NCBI RefSeq assembly: GCF_000354175.2
Contig: NC_022359.1
Coordinates: 1,680,001-1,712,000, forward strand
Source of the DNA: Vibrio alginolyticus NBRC 15630 = ATCC 17749
GTDB taxonomy: Bacteria > Pseudomonadota > Gammaproteobacteria > Enterobacterales > Vibrionaceae
Direction of reading: 5' to 3'
Length of the DNA stretch: 32,000 nucleotides
Made by a program: the position numbers and the translations under genes
Shown here: positions 16,342 to 25,185 of the stretch, in pieces
Position numbering within the stretch: position 1 is the first letter of the stretch
Layout of the letters: the number at the start of each line of letters is the position of its first letter
Notes under the pieces: model-generated
What the model saw: the letters and a program-made list of their open reading frames with translations, nothing else
The model's database searches: none
Told to the model about the DNA's origin: nothing

Positions 16342-16887
16342 ATGGCTCTTAAACCAACCATTTACAAATTTCGTATCGCCATTTCCGATATGAATAATGA
16401 CTATTACGATTCTAAAAATCTAACTATCGCCCTTCACCCTTCTGAAAAGCCGCAACGAATGTTGGCTCGCATTCTAGCTTACTGTTTAAATGCTCAAAGC
16501 AATCTGGAGTTTACAAAAGGACTCTCTACGATTGAAGAGCCTGATTTATGGCATGTTGGCGATGATCAAAGCATTACTCACTGGATTGAAATTGGCGAAC
16601 CAGAACCAGACAGAATTAAGAAAGCTTCTCGCCTAGCAAAGCATGTAAAAGTTTACACTTATAACACCAAAGCGGCTGTCTGGTGGGACAAAATGTCAGG
16701 AAAGTTCTCAATGCTTCCCGTCAACGTAGAGAGCTTTGACTATGACGCTATCGACTTGATTTGTCAGCACCTTGACCGAGGTACTAGCCTTTCTGTTATG
16801 ATTACTGGCAGCTCAATTTTTGTTGATATCAATGATCAACATATCGAAGTAACGGTGAAGGAACTAAAAAACCATGACGTCTCTTAG
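16342..16887 (+). CDS. yaeQ: YaeQ-family protein.
   Basis: MALKPTIYKFRIAISDMNNDYYDSKNLTIALHPSEKPQRMLARILAYCLNA resembles the YaeQ N-terminus (MALKATIYK...ARHPSET..RMM.R.LA). I chose the ATG at 16342, not 16318, because 16318 abuts the csp terminator. Confidence 0.75.
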   Translation: MALKPTIYKFRIAISDMNNDYYDSKNLTIALHPSEKPQRMLARILAYCLNAQSNLEFTKGLSTIEEPDLWHVGDDQSITHWIEIGEPEPDRIKKASRLAKHVKVYTYNTKAAVWWDKMSGKFSMLPVNVESFDYDAIDLICQHLDRGTSLSVMITGSSIFVDINDQHIEVTVKELKNHDVS

Positions 16888-17416
16888 TGAACTGAGTCAA
16901 GAGATGGGATTTGAAGAAATCCCCTTTGTTAAAGAACATAAAGCAGCAAAGCGACGTTGGTTAAAAGAACAGTCACAACTATTTACAAAAGTTTGTGAGA
17001 ACAAACCCACAACAGCACCTACTCTTCACCTGCTTGGCCTTTTGACCAAATCACATATTGAAGCAAGTGCTAACTACGAGCAACATGCTCACTCTACCCA
17101 GCGTATGCAGCAAGTTCTGACTGACTCCTTGGGTAATGAGCACGCGGATAAGTTTACTAACCAATCTGCTGAAGACCTAATCTTAGTCACCCACCTTTGG
17201 TTATACACGCAAGGCTATTTAAATATGGATTTCAGCTTGGCGCACGATCATGCCGAGCAGACTCAAAATACATTGCAGCATGAGCTTGTCATGAAACGCA
17301 TGGACGTTGATGGATTCAGAACCGAACTCATGCAAAGTTTTTATCAAGGTAAAGAAGCCCGTCCGGCTTCAGCAAGTGGCTTTTGGGGTTGGTTTAAACG
17401 TCTATTTTCCTCATAA
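16874..17416 (+). CDS. Hypothetical protein (180 aa).
   Basis: The ORF overlaps the yaeQ 3' end by 14 nt. I recognise no family. An alternative start exists at 16904. Confidence 0.45.
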   Translation: MTSLSELSQEMGFEEIPFVKEHKAAKRRWLKEQSQLFTKVCENKPTTAPTLHLLGLLTKSHIEASANYEQHAHSTQRMQQVLTDSLGNEHADKFTNQSAEDLILVTHLWLYTQGYLNMDFSLAHDHAEQTQNTLQHELVMKRMDVDGFRTELMQSFYQGKEARPASASGFWGWFKRLFSS

Positions 17417-17527
17417 AATACATGGTTTTATCCATTTCAAACAACTGATAGACTTCACGCTCAGTGCAACAAGCATCATGATTGCATTCTTAAAGGACAA
17501 TTACCCAATGAACATCAAGGGATCATT

Positions 17528-17887
17528 ATGAAGTTTATCCGTTGGATTTTAGGCAAGTTTATCTTATTGCTGAACGCGGTGTTCTCACCTCGTGGTATTA
17601 AGCGCACCGCAGAAGAACAGCAACGTATTGATGAAAAAGCGAAACAATACGCACTTTACCAATTTGAAGCCTGCCCTTTTTGCGTAAAGGTCCGCCGTGC
17701 AATGAAGCGTCAATCGGTGAACATTGAGCTACGTGATGCAAAAAATAACCCGACTCATCGAGCTGAACTAGAGCAAGGTGGTGGGCGAGTTAAAGTCCCT
17801 TGTCTTCGTATCGAAAAAGATGGCGAAACACAGTGGTTATACGAGTCATCTGACATCGTCGCTTACGTTGAAAAAGAATTTGCCTAA
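17528..17887 (+). CDS. Glutaredoxin-family protein with an N-terminal hydrophobic anchor (CPFC active site).
   Basis: The N-terminus is hydrophobic (FIRWILGKFILLLNAVF). It is followed by YQFEACPFCVKVRRAL-type glutaredoxin motifs and GGGRVKVPCL. The RBS is AAGGGA. Confidence 0.8.
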   Translation: MKFIRWILGKFILLLNAVFSPRGIKRTAEEQQRIDEKAKQYALYQFEACPFCVKVRRAMKRQSVNIELRDAKNNPTHRAELEQGGGRVKVPCLRIEKDGETQWLYESSDIVAYVEKEFA

Positions 17888-17915
17888 GTTCCCCCTATGA
17901 ACATTGGCGGATGTA

Positions 17916-17950
17916 AAAGAGGCACCTAACGGTGCCTCTTTTCTATTTTT
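17916..17950. terminator. Rho-independent terminator after the glutaredoxin gene; possibly bidirectional.
   Basis: AAAGAGGCACC-TAAC-GGTGCCTCTTT is followed by TCTATTTTTT. An A-run sits on the other side. Confidence 0.8.
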
Positions 17951-18078
17951 TCTAGCTAAATGTTGCCGTGCGAGCTTTCCTTATTCAGTCTTCTTGCTCA
18001 ACTCCGAACTTAAACTCCATTAAGCAAATAACGAGTATGCGAGAACAACACAACGAAGATTACCGCCCAACGTCTGCG

Positions 18079-18705
18079 TTATTCATCCACGATCAATGTT
18101 AGCTCTACGCGCCGATTGCAAGCTTTACCACTTGCTGTCGCATTGCTGCACTTCGGTACATACTCTCCGAAGCCTCTAGAAAACACTCGTTGACGTGGAA
18201 TACTCGTCGCCAATAGTTGTTTTTCTACTTCACGAGCTCGCTTTTCAGATAGCGTGTCGTTGAAGCTTTCAGCTCCCGTGCTATCCGCATGACCATCAAT
18301 CACGACATCAACATCAGTTCTTCCCGCCAGATAGTGACCAATGTTTCGAATCCAGTCTTGAGATTGAGCCGATAACCGTGCAGAACCCGTTTGAAAATGC
18401 ACTTGCTCTTTCAAACGTATCATCAGGTGACCACCACTGAGCGTCTCGTGAGGAATGTTATGCCTGCTCAGGAACATTTCCAGAGAGGTCACGTTTTGCG
18501 ACTTTTTTACTGACGCCCTCGCCGTTTGATATGAACGAGGGGAAGAAGCCACATTGGATGCGCTCGGGTATCCCCATTCTGGGTGTCTCAGCTCTGTGTT
18601 TGATTTAGGAGCTGTATCTAAAATGTCCCCACCTGGGACCATATCTTGATCGAGGCTACTGCACCCGGCCAGAATGCCACAAACAATTAAAAACCAATGC
18701 TTCAT
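18079..18705 (-). CDS. OmpA C-terminal-domain lipoprotein (peptidoglycan-associated).
   Basis: The start at 18705 gives MKHWFLIVCGILAGC with the lipobox LAGC. The C-terminus has the OmpA-like motifs GHADSTGAESFNDTLSEKRAREV...NRRVEL. Confidence 0.8.
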   Translation of the reverse strand: MKHWFLIVCGILAGCSSLDQDMVPGGDILDTAPKSNTELRHPEWGYPSASNVASSPRSYQTARASVKKSQNVTSLEMFLSRHNIPHETLSGGHLMIRLKEQVHFQTGSARLSAQSQDWIRNIGHYLAGRTDVDVVIDGHADSTGAESFNDTLSEKRAREVEKQLLATSIPRQRVFSRGFGEYVPKCSNATASGKACNRRVELTLIVDE

Positions 18706-18987
18706 ACCATTACCAACGTAGAAAAACTCTTGTTCATTGTGTCGACAAAACACGCCGAATCTTTAGCGCTTTTGTCCACCGATTGGTTTGTCTATGCAGC
18801 GTTCATGCCACTGGAGTCAATGCAAAATCATCTCTCAAATAAAACGCAACACTAAAATACCCTACCCTTGCAGCCCATACGTCAGGCTAAGTCTGTTACC
18901 AATGGTCTCACTTTATTGTTATTTAATGGTTTTAGTCACTATCGTTAACCGATAAACTAACGCAAATTTCTCATTTAGAGCACTACT

Positions 18988-19620
18988 ATGTTAAAAACCA
19001 TATCGAAAGGCTTTGCTGTTGTTGTTGCCGTAATGGCTTTGTCGGCATGCGATAGCGGCAAGAGTCAGCCTCAGCAAGGCAAACAATACGAAGTTTTGCC
19101 AGTATCCCTTGAAGAATATGATTTAGCTCCCCTGACTGAAGCATTCTCTTTAACTTGTGGCCACTGCCGCTCAATGGAAGAGTTTGTCCCTCAAATTGAA
19201 TCATTGACCGATCAAAGCGTTGAAAAAATGCATGTAACGTTCAATGAAAGTGCACAAGTGAGCGCCATCATCTTCTATACTGCCGTAATGCAGCTTGAAT
19301 CAACACCAGATAAAGCGTTTATGGTGGATCTTTTTACTGCTGTGCAAATGGGTGCCGATGCAACGGCTGAGGAACGCCAAATCGCCGTAGAGAAAGCCTT
19401 TGAGTCTCGCAACCTTATCAGCCCTTACCATTTAGATGAAGCACAGCAAAAAGCGCTGTTTGAGTACATCACTAAGGCAGAAGCGATCACGACTCGCGGC
19501 CAAATTAACTCCGTTCCAGCCTTTATCGTAAACGGAAAATATCAAGTGATTACTGGTGGTCATGACAGCGTTGAAGCCATGGCAGAAACCATCAACTTTT
19601 TGCTAAAACAACCTAAATAG
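18988..19620 (+). CDS. DsbA-family thiol:disulfide oxidoreductase, predicted lipoprotein, with a CGHC active site.
   Basis: The lipobox is VMALSAC. The thioredoxin-fold motif is FSLTCGHCRSMEEF, and the DsbA-like C-terminal part includes the cis-Pro region (NSVPAFIVNGKY). Confidence 0.7.
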   Translation: MLKTISKGFAVVVAVMALSACDSGKSQPQQGKQYEVLPVSLEEYDLAPLTEAFSLTCGHCRSMEEFVPQIESLTDQSVEKMHVTFNESAQVSAIIFYTAVMQLESTPDKAFMVDLFTAVQMGADATAEERQIAVEKAFESRNLISPYHLDEAQQKALFEYITKAEAITTRGQINSVPAFIVNGKYQVITGGHDSVEAMAETINFLLKQPK

Positions 19621-19633
19621 ACAAGGAGATTAC

Positions 19634-20107
19634 GTGTCTAAATTTTTGTTTCCTCTTATTATTTTTATTTTGGCGGGCTTTTTCATTTACCGTACTTGGA
19701 CAAACCATAAAGTAGCAGATGAAAACTTTGCCAAAGGCCAAGCATTCTTACTAGAAAATGCGAAAAAAGAAGGCGTCATCACAACAGAAAGTGGCCTTCA
19801 ATACATGGTTCTTGAAAAAGGCGAAGGTGAGGTTCACCCAACGGCAACAAGTAAAGTAAAAGTACACTACCACGGCACCTTGATTGATGGCACGGTATTC
19901 GATAGCTCTGTTAATCGTGGTGAGCCGATTTCATTTGGTCTTAACCAAGTCATTAAAGGCTGGCAAGAAGGTCTACAATACATGGTAGAAGGTGAGAAAA
20001 TCCGCCTTTTCGTACCAAGCACGCTTGGCTATGGTAAGAGTGGCTCTGGCCCAATTCCACCAGCAAGTGTTTTGATCTTTGATGTTGAACTGCTAGAAAT
20101 TCAATAA
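19634..20107 (+). CDS. FKBP-type peptidyl-prolyl cis-trans isomerase with an N-terminal membrane anchor or signal sequence.
   Basis: The GTG start follows AAGGAG. The sequence VKVHYHGTLIDGTVFDSS...VIKGWQEGLQYMVEGEKIRLFVPSTLGYG...LIFDVELLEI fits the family. Confidence 0.9.
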   Translation: MSKFLFPLIIFILAGFFIYRTWTNHKVADENFAKGQAFLLENAKKEGVITTESGLQYMVLEKGEGEVHPTATSKVKVHYHGTLIDGTVFDSSVNRGEPISFGLNQVIKGWQEGLQYMVEGEKIRLFVPSTLGYGKSGSGPIPPASVLIFDVELLEIQ

Positions 20108-20146
20108 ATCTAGAAAGCTTTGTCTTAAAGCCAAAGTATCAAAACC

Positions 20147-20181
20147 AAAAACGCCGCGAACCACGCGGCGTTTTCTGTTTT
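20147..20181. terminator. Bidirectional rho-independent terminator between the FKBP gene and cyoE.
   Basis: ACGCCGCG-AACCA-CGCGGCGT has TTTTCTGTTTT on the plus strand and TTTTTGGTTTT on the minus strand. Confidence 0.85.
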
Positions 20182-20189
20182 AAGAGAGG

Positions 20190-21089
20190 TTAAAAACCAA
20201 TATAGTGATCCGAAAGCAATGCAATGAACAACGCCAAAAGATGATAGATAGAGAATTTAAACGTCTCCATCGCGGTATTTGGCTCTGGTGCATATTTTAG
20301 CTTCCATGCATGGTACATAAAGCCAGCATTGAGTAGTAGCGAGGCAAAAAGATACACCACGCCGACCATACCAACCAAAACCGGTAGGACACAAACCAAA
20401 GTCAATAGCACCGTATACAACAGAATAGAAGTTTTGGTGTACTCAATGCCGTGTGTCACTGGCAGCATGGGAATATCTACCTTGCGGTAATCCTCGACAC
20501 GATGAATAGCCAGAGCCCAAAAATGTGGTGGCGTCCAGATAAAAATGATCATTACGAGCAGCCAAGCATTCGCATGTAATTGCCCTGTTACAGCAGTCCA
20601 ACCGAGAAGAGGCGGCATCGCACCGGCAATCCCTGCAATGACGATATTTTGGGGCGTAGCACGTTTGAGGTACATTGTGTATACCATCGCATAGCCGAGC
20701 AAACTCATCAAAGTCAACCATGCCGTCAGCGGGTTGACCATCGCATAGAGAAGTACAAACCCTAAGACACCTAAAACTGTAGCGAAGGCTATCACCGATG
20801 ATGGTTTAGTCTCACCCGATGGCAATGGTCGTTTGTGTGTACGTGCCATTCTCGCATCAATTCGGCGGTCAATTAGATGATTAAACGCTGCCGCAGACCC
20901 TGCCATCAGACCAATCCCCGTTAGGCCAACTACCGCCTGCAACCAGGGGAAATCATCAACCGGGGCTAAGCTCATCCCTACTACTGCCGTCACCAACATT
21001 AACGCCACCACTTTAGGTTTCGTTAACTTCAAATAAACGGAACTTAGTCGCTTTCGCCCATTTAACGACAGCGCGATTTCTTTACTCAT
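20190..21089 (-). CDS. cyoE: Protoheme IX farnesyltransferase (heme O synthase).
   Basis: The UbiA-family motifs [23 protein letters not shown] are present. The start at 21089 has RBS AAGGAG and overlaps the ctaA stop by 8 nt. Confidence 0.9.
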   Translation of the reverse strand: MSKEIALSLNGRKRLSSVYLKLTKPKVVALMLVTAVVGMSLAPVDDFPWLQAVVGLTGIGLMAGSAAAFNHLIDRRIDARMARTHKRPLPSGETKPSSVIAFATVLGVLGFVLLYAMVNPLTAWLTLMSLLGYAMVYTMYLKRATPQNIVIAGIAGAMPPLLGWTAVTGQLHANAWLLVMIIFIWTPPHFWALAIHRVEDYRKVDIPMLPVTHGIEYTKTSILLYTVLLTLVCVLPVLVGMVGVVYLFASLLLNAGFMYHAWKLKYAPEPNTAMETFKFSIYHLLALFIALLSDHYIGF

Positions 21090-22107
21090 AGCGAACTCCT
21101 TTCGCGGTGTAATTCCAAGCCGTTTTACCCTGCCACAAGTAAAACTGGCTAACACAAACGAGACTCAACATAACAGCGGCACCAAGGTTGTGCGCCACCG
21201 CGACATAGATAGGAAGTTGAAATACTACGTTGCTTACACCCAGCATAATTTGGCACACCAGAGTGAATAACAACCACCCTCCGATTCTCTGTGAATGATG
21301 AGAATCTTGCCTCATAAGCCCAATACTATAAGCCAATACCACGGTGGCGGTAACAATAGCGCCTATACGATGAGTGACGTGTATAGTCATTCTTGCCGGA
21401 TACTCCAAGACACCAAATTCATAATTCTCGAATCCAGTTTGCCAGAAAGAAAACGCTTCTTTCCATGAGAGATGGCTCATCCAGTCTCCCTCACAAATCG
21501 GCAGTGTGGTACACATCAGCGCAGCATAATTTGACGAAGTCCATCCTCCAAGGAGCACTTGCACCAAAACAACCAGGAAAACCAACAATGAAAAGCCTCT
21601 CAGAGAGCTAGAAGATGGAGAGAAATAGAGATTGTTTTGCGCTTTTAATTGGCAGTAAAAAATCGCCTGTAACGCCAATAAAACAAAACCACCGAGCAAG
21701 TGAAGCATCACGATGACGGGCATTAATTTAAGAGTAACTGTCCACATTCCCAAAAGTGCCTGCCCAATCACCAATACGCTTAGCAACATCGGAATGGTTG
21801 AATTTACACGCTCAGACCTTACTGATATCGCTGCCATCGCAAAAATGACTAAACCTAACGTTCCTGCAAAATAGCGATGAATCATCTCAAGCCATGCTTT
21901 CTCATGCTCTACTGCCCGCTCGGGGAAGTTCAGGTTAGCACGTATGACGTCTTCTTCTTGATGCGGCACAGAAAAGTGCCCATAACAACCAGGCCAATCC
22001 GGGCAACCTAACCCTGCATCTGAAAGGCGAGTATATGCCCCTAACATGATCACCACGAGAGTTAGGAGCAAACTGAATCTCACCAACTGAATTAATTTCA
22101 TATGCAC
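21082..22107 (-). CDS. ctaA: Heme A synthase (COX15/CtaA family).
   Basis: It is polytopic (8 TM-like segments) with conserved His-containing helices (HRYFAG, HLLGG, THRIGA, AHNLGA) and sits in a cox cluster. Confidence 0.85.
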   Translation of the reverse strand: MHMKLIQLVRFSLLLTLVVIMLGAYTRLSDAGLGCPDWPGCYGHFSVPHQEEDVIRANLNFPERAVEHEKAWLEMIHRYFAGTLGLVIFAMAAISVRSERVNSTIPMLLSVLVIGQALLGMWTVTLKLMPVIVMLHLLGGFVLLALQAIFYCQLKAQNNLYFSPSSSSLRGFSLLVFLVVLVQVLLGGWTSSNYAALMCTTLPICEGDWMSHLSWKEAFSFWQTGFENYEFGVLEYPARMTIHVTHRIGAIVTATVVLAYSIGLMRQDSHHSQRIGGWLLFTLVCQIMLGVSNVVFQLPIYVAVAHNLGAAVMLSLVCVSQFYLWQGKTAWNYTAKGVRYE

Positions 22108-22112
22108 TTCCT

Positions 22113-22649
22113 CTAACCGACTCGTGACAGTTTTAAGAGCTTGCGTAAGTCCGCCAACATACCTTTATTCAATAGGACTAAGTCCTCATTTGGTTTCGGC
22201 GAGTAAGACATCACCAGCTGCCCAAGAGGATCAACGATCAACATTTGCCCAGGTTTCACTTTAGAGGTAACCAATTCATTCATTTGCATCGCTAACATCG
22301 ATACTTCCATGGGATCTGAATGCTCAGTCTGCCAAACGACTGGCACTACTCGCTCTTGATACTTACCTAAAGCAACATGACTTTGCTGAAGCAGGTAAAG
22401 CTGCTGTTTACACTGTTCAGTGCATTCGTTAGGCAATACATAAGCGAGTTGCCAACCATGGTCTTTGAGAGGTGACTCTTGACCAAGCTGCTCTAACGTC
22501 GTGTATGGTTCGACTAACTCGCCTCTATTGGTCACTCCGCTTTGATACCACCCTTGTGTGAGAATGACTTTTGCAATGACAGCGGGAAGCGCGAACGTAC
22601 AAACCAGCGCAATCAACATTAGTCGTCCTTTGGTTACTTTAGATGTCAT
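22113..22649 (-). CDS. Membrane-anchored protein of the cox biogenesis cluster with a CxxxC motif; possibly a SCO1/SenC-like fold.
   Basis: An N-terminal TM (LMLIALVCTFALPAVIAKVIL) is followed by LPNECTEQCKQQLY (CxxxC). Its position between SURF1 and ctaA fits a biogenesis role. Confidence 0.45.
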   Translation of the reverse strand: MTSKVTKGRLMLIALVCTFALPAVIAKVILTQGWYQSGVTNRGELVEPYTTLEQLGQESPLKDHGWQLAYVLPNECTEQCKQQLYLLQQSHVALGKYQERVVPVVWQTEHSDPMEVSMLAMQMNELVTSKVKPGQMLIVDPLGQLVMSYSPKPNEDLVLLNKGMLADLRKLLKLSRVG

Positions 22650-23430
22650 GCTTCACCTCCATGTGACGCAACTTTTTTTGCCAACGAACAAAAACAATTA
22701 AAGTCAGTATTAAGAAAACACCTGCCATCGAAAACCATTGAATCGAATAGCCAAAATGTTTGGCACTATTGAGTGGTAATGGATTCCAAGGAAAGTCATA
22801 GGGCCAACGAGTTAAATTGTCTGGCTGCAAGACTGCGGGCATAAGTTCAATATTCAGTAGCTGATTCAATTGCGCGATGTTTAGGTTTTGCACGCGAATA
22901 ACATCGCCAACTTCCGGCATTAACTCTGAGCTCAGTGGATTAGTAGATTTTCGGTACAGGCGTCCTGTGATGAAAATCGAATTATCGAGTTTGGTGACCG
23001 TTGGTAACATTGAGCGATCTGCTCTTCCCTCGACAAAACCAAGCTCCAATAACGCATAGGTACTAGGCTCATCGCTCGTCAATACAATCTGAAATGCTAA
23101 ATATCCCACACTGCCTTGATGCGTTTGGTTGTCTAACAAAATTACGGGAAACGCCTGAGGAACAACATTAACTTCCACTTTTTTCCCGAGGATACTTTCC
23201 TCTCGCCAGTCGTTGTCTTCAAGAACGACGCTTAGTGCTTGGTACGCACTATCCGCACGCGCGAGAATGGCTTGTTCCAATGCTTGTTTTTCTTGCCCTC
23301 TCTCAAACTGCCAAAAACCCAGTTTGACCAAAAGAGAAAACACAACCACAGTTAAACCAACTGCAACCCAAAACCGTTTCGATAGCCATAATTGTCTTGA
23401 TAACAACAATGATGAAACCGGAGGTGCCAT
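22639..23430 (-). CDS. SURF1-family cytochrome oxidase assembly protein.
   Basis: The sequence has FWVAVGLTVVVFSLLVKLGFWQFERGQEK plus a C-terminal TM with the YSIQWFSMAG motif. I chose the start at 23430 (MAPPVSS...). The longer 23559 start adds an S-rich segment that lies antisense to a plus-strand TM protein. Confidence 0.8.
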   Translation of the reverse strand: MAPPVSSLLLSRQLWLSKRFWVAVGLTVVVFSLLVKLGFWQFERGQEKQALEQAILARADSAYQALSVVLEDNDWREESILGKKVEVNVVPQAFPVILLDNQTHQGSVGYLAFQIVLTSDEPSTYALLELGFVEGRADRSMLPTVTKLDNSIFITGRLYRKSTNPLSSELMPEVGDVIRVQNLNIAQLNQLLNIELMPAVLQPDNLTRWPYDFPWNPLPLNSAKHFGYSIQWFSMAGVFLILTLIVFVRWQKKLRHMEVKHDI

Positions 23431-23665
23431 GTCCACCGTATTTCTATTCAAACTGACGCTTGTCCTTTTGCTGCTTTTCATTATCTTCAACCTCGCAAAA
23501 GCGCTTATCGAAATGGTTCGTGAAGACCCAGATAATCCTGAAAAAAGAGACAAACCCATGAGTCATTACTTAGGCCGTCGAGTCATGTTCTCAGCTTTGG
23601 TGGTCGTCCTTTTGCTTATTGCGCTCAGCTCGGGTTGGCTAGCACCAAACCCTCGCCCTTATTAG
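23429..23665 (+). CDS. Twin-transmembrane-helix small protein (DUF2909-like, 78 aa) on the strand opposite the cox cluster.
   Basis: The ATG at 23429 is preceded by GGAGGTG. There are two clear TM helices (FKLTLVLLLLFIIFNLAKALI and VMFSALVVVLLLIALSSGWL) separated by a charged loop, and the C-terminus is PNPRPY. It forms the tail of the 150-aa track ORF 23213..23665. Confidence 0.65.
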   Translation: MSTVFLFKLTLVLLLLFIIFNLAKALIEMVREDPDNPEKRDKPMSHYLGRRVMFSALVVVLLLIALSSGWLAPNPRPY

Positions 23666-23689
23666 TCGAACCAAGAGTTCACACTGCGC

Positions 23690-24574
23690 CTAAAGTACGT
23701 AAACAAACACAAACAGACATAACCAAACCACATCCACGAAATGCCAATACCAGCTGCCGGCTTGAAAGGCAAAATGGTTCTTTGGCGAAAAGTGATCTTT
23801 AGCGATTCTGAACAGCAGCACGATCAAGAAGATAGTCCCAAGACAAACGTGTAAACCGTGGAACCCCGTCAACATGAAGAACGTGTTACCGTAAATACCG
23901 GACTGCAACGTGAGCCCTATGTCTTGATAAGCATGAACATACTCAACCGCTTGGTAATATAGAAAAAAGCCAGCAAGTACGATGGTTATCTCTAACCAAA
24001 CAATCAGTGCCGTTCTTTTGTCTTGTTCAAGGCTTATATGCGCCATATGTAGCGTAATAGACGACAATAGCAGCAAGATAGTATTGGTAAGGGGTATGCC
24101 CTGCCACGGCATAGCTTGTGTTGTTTCTCCTCCCGGTGTCAGTGTGAGTGGCCACATCGCTTCGAAGGTTGGCCACAGGACTTCGTTAGTCATGAAGTTA
24201 TTATCTGCCCCACCTAACCAAGGCACAGAAATCATTCTGGCGTAGAACAAGGCACCAAAAAAGGCACCAAAAAACATCACTTCAGAAAAGATAAACCAGC
24301 TCATTCCTTGGCGAAAAGAACGAGTAATTTGCGAGCTGTATTTTCCACTCAGTGATTCAGTAATCACATTACTAAACCAACCAGCCAACATGTAAAGCAA
24401 GAACAAGAAGCCCACCGCTAGCACAATGCCACCAATGGTTCCCACTGCACCGTCACTTTGTGTCCCCTGGACGGTCATGCCCGCGCCAACAGCAACCAAA
24501 AACAGAGCAAATGCACCGATGATCGGCCAGCTACTTTGAGCGGGAACATAATATGTTCCTGGCTTGTTACTCAT
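23690..24574 (-). CDS. coxC: Cytochrome c oxidase subunit III.
   Basis: It has a seven-TM layout with the motifs FFGAFF, GFHGLHV and WYWHFVDVVW. The RBS is AAGGAG. Confidence 0.95.
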   Translation of the reverse strand: MSNKPGTYYVPAQSSWPIIGAFALFLVAVGAGMTVQGTQSDGAVGTIGGIVLAVGFLFLLYMLAGWFSNVITESLSGKYSSQITRSFRQGMSWFIFSEVMFFGAFFGALFYARMISVPWLGGADNNFMTNEVLWPTFEAMWPLTLTPGGETTQAMPWQGIPLTNTILLLLSSITLHMAHISLEQDKRTALIVWLEITIVLAGFFLYYQAVEYVHAYQDIGLTLQSGIYGNTFFMLTGFHGLHVCLGTIFLIVLLFRIAKDHFSPKNHFAFQAGSWYWHFVDVVWLCLFVFVYVL

Positions 24575-24625
24575 AATTTCTCTCCTTACTGACCAACCTT
24601 GGTCTGTATCTCTCTCCCTGAGTGG

Positions 24626-25174
24626 CTAAGAGCCTGTAGGAGGGGGAAGTTTATAGAGTGTGTAAGACAGCGTTAACGTGTGTATAGACTCAGGCAAGTC
24701 CGGTTCGATATAAAAAATCAACGGCATTTGAGCTTGCTGTTTACCATCCAGAGGCTGCTGGTTAAAACAAAAACACTCAATCTTATTGAAGTAAGCAGCT
24801 CCAGTCCCGGGAGAAACAGAAGGAACGGCTTGCCCCACCAACTTCTGCCCGCTTTCATTAAATGCAAGGTATTCAGTTTGCACAACTTCACCTGGGTGAA
24901 CATCCATCGAAATCACTTTGGGTCTAAACTCCCAAGGCATATCTGGGCTTACATGCGCCATAAACTCCACGCGAATAGTTCGGCTCATGTCCGGCTGCAT
25001 ACCTGTCGGTTGAATAGCGGCCACTTCACTTGTCTTTCCATTGATTCCCAATGCGTCGCACATCACGTCATAAAGTGGGACCAGTGCATAGCCGAAGCCA
25101 AACATTAACAGGGTCGCCAAAAGTAACTTCACTGTGAGCTTCTTGTTTGATGGATTCGGTTTCATGTCACTCAC
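24626..25174 (-). CDS. ctaG: Cytochrome c oxidase assembly protein CtaG/Cox11.
   Basis: An N-terminal TM and the copper-binding CFCF motif (KIECFCFNQQPL) are present. Confidence 0.9.
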   Translation of the reverse strand: MSDMKPNPSNKKLTVKLLLATLLMFGFGYALVPLYDVMCDALGINGKTSEVAAIQPTGMQPDMSRTIRVEFMAHVSPDMPWEFRPKVISMDVHPGEVVQTEYLAFNESGQKLVGQAVPSVSPGTGAAYFNKIECFCFNQQPLDGKQQAQMPLIFYIEPDLPESIHTLTLSYTLYKLPPPTGS

Positions 25175-25185
25175 CCCACTCTTTG

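Noticed and set aside
17307-17531. A 74-aa plus-strand ORF bridging the 180-aa ORF and the glutaredoxin gene.
   Set aside because: It overlaps the 3' end of the 180-aa ORF out of frame and has no RBS or recognisable features.
23213-23428. The N-terminal 72 codons of the 150-aa plus-strand ORF 23213..23665.
   Set aside because: This part is antisense to the SURF1 coding region and is Cys/Ser/Thr-rich without structure. The RBS-preceded internal ATG at 23429 gives a coherent twin-TM protein, so only the tail is called.
23431-23559. The longer SURF1 start at 23559 (306-aa version in the ORF track).
   Set aside because: The extra 43 residues (MGLSLFSGLSGSSRTISISAF...) look like the antisense translation of the plus-strand TM protein. 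They precede the normal SURF1 N-terminal TM helix.
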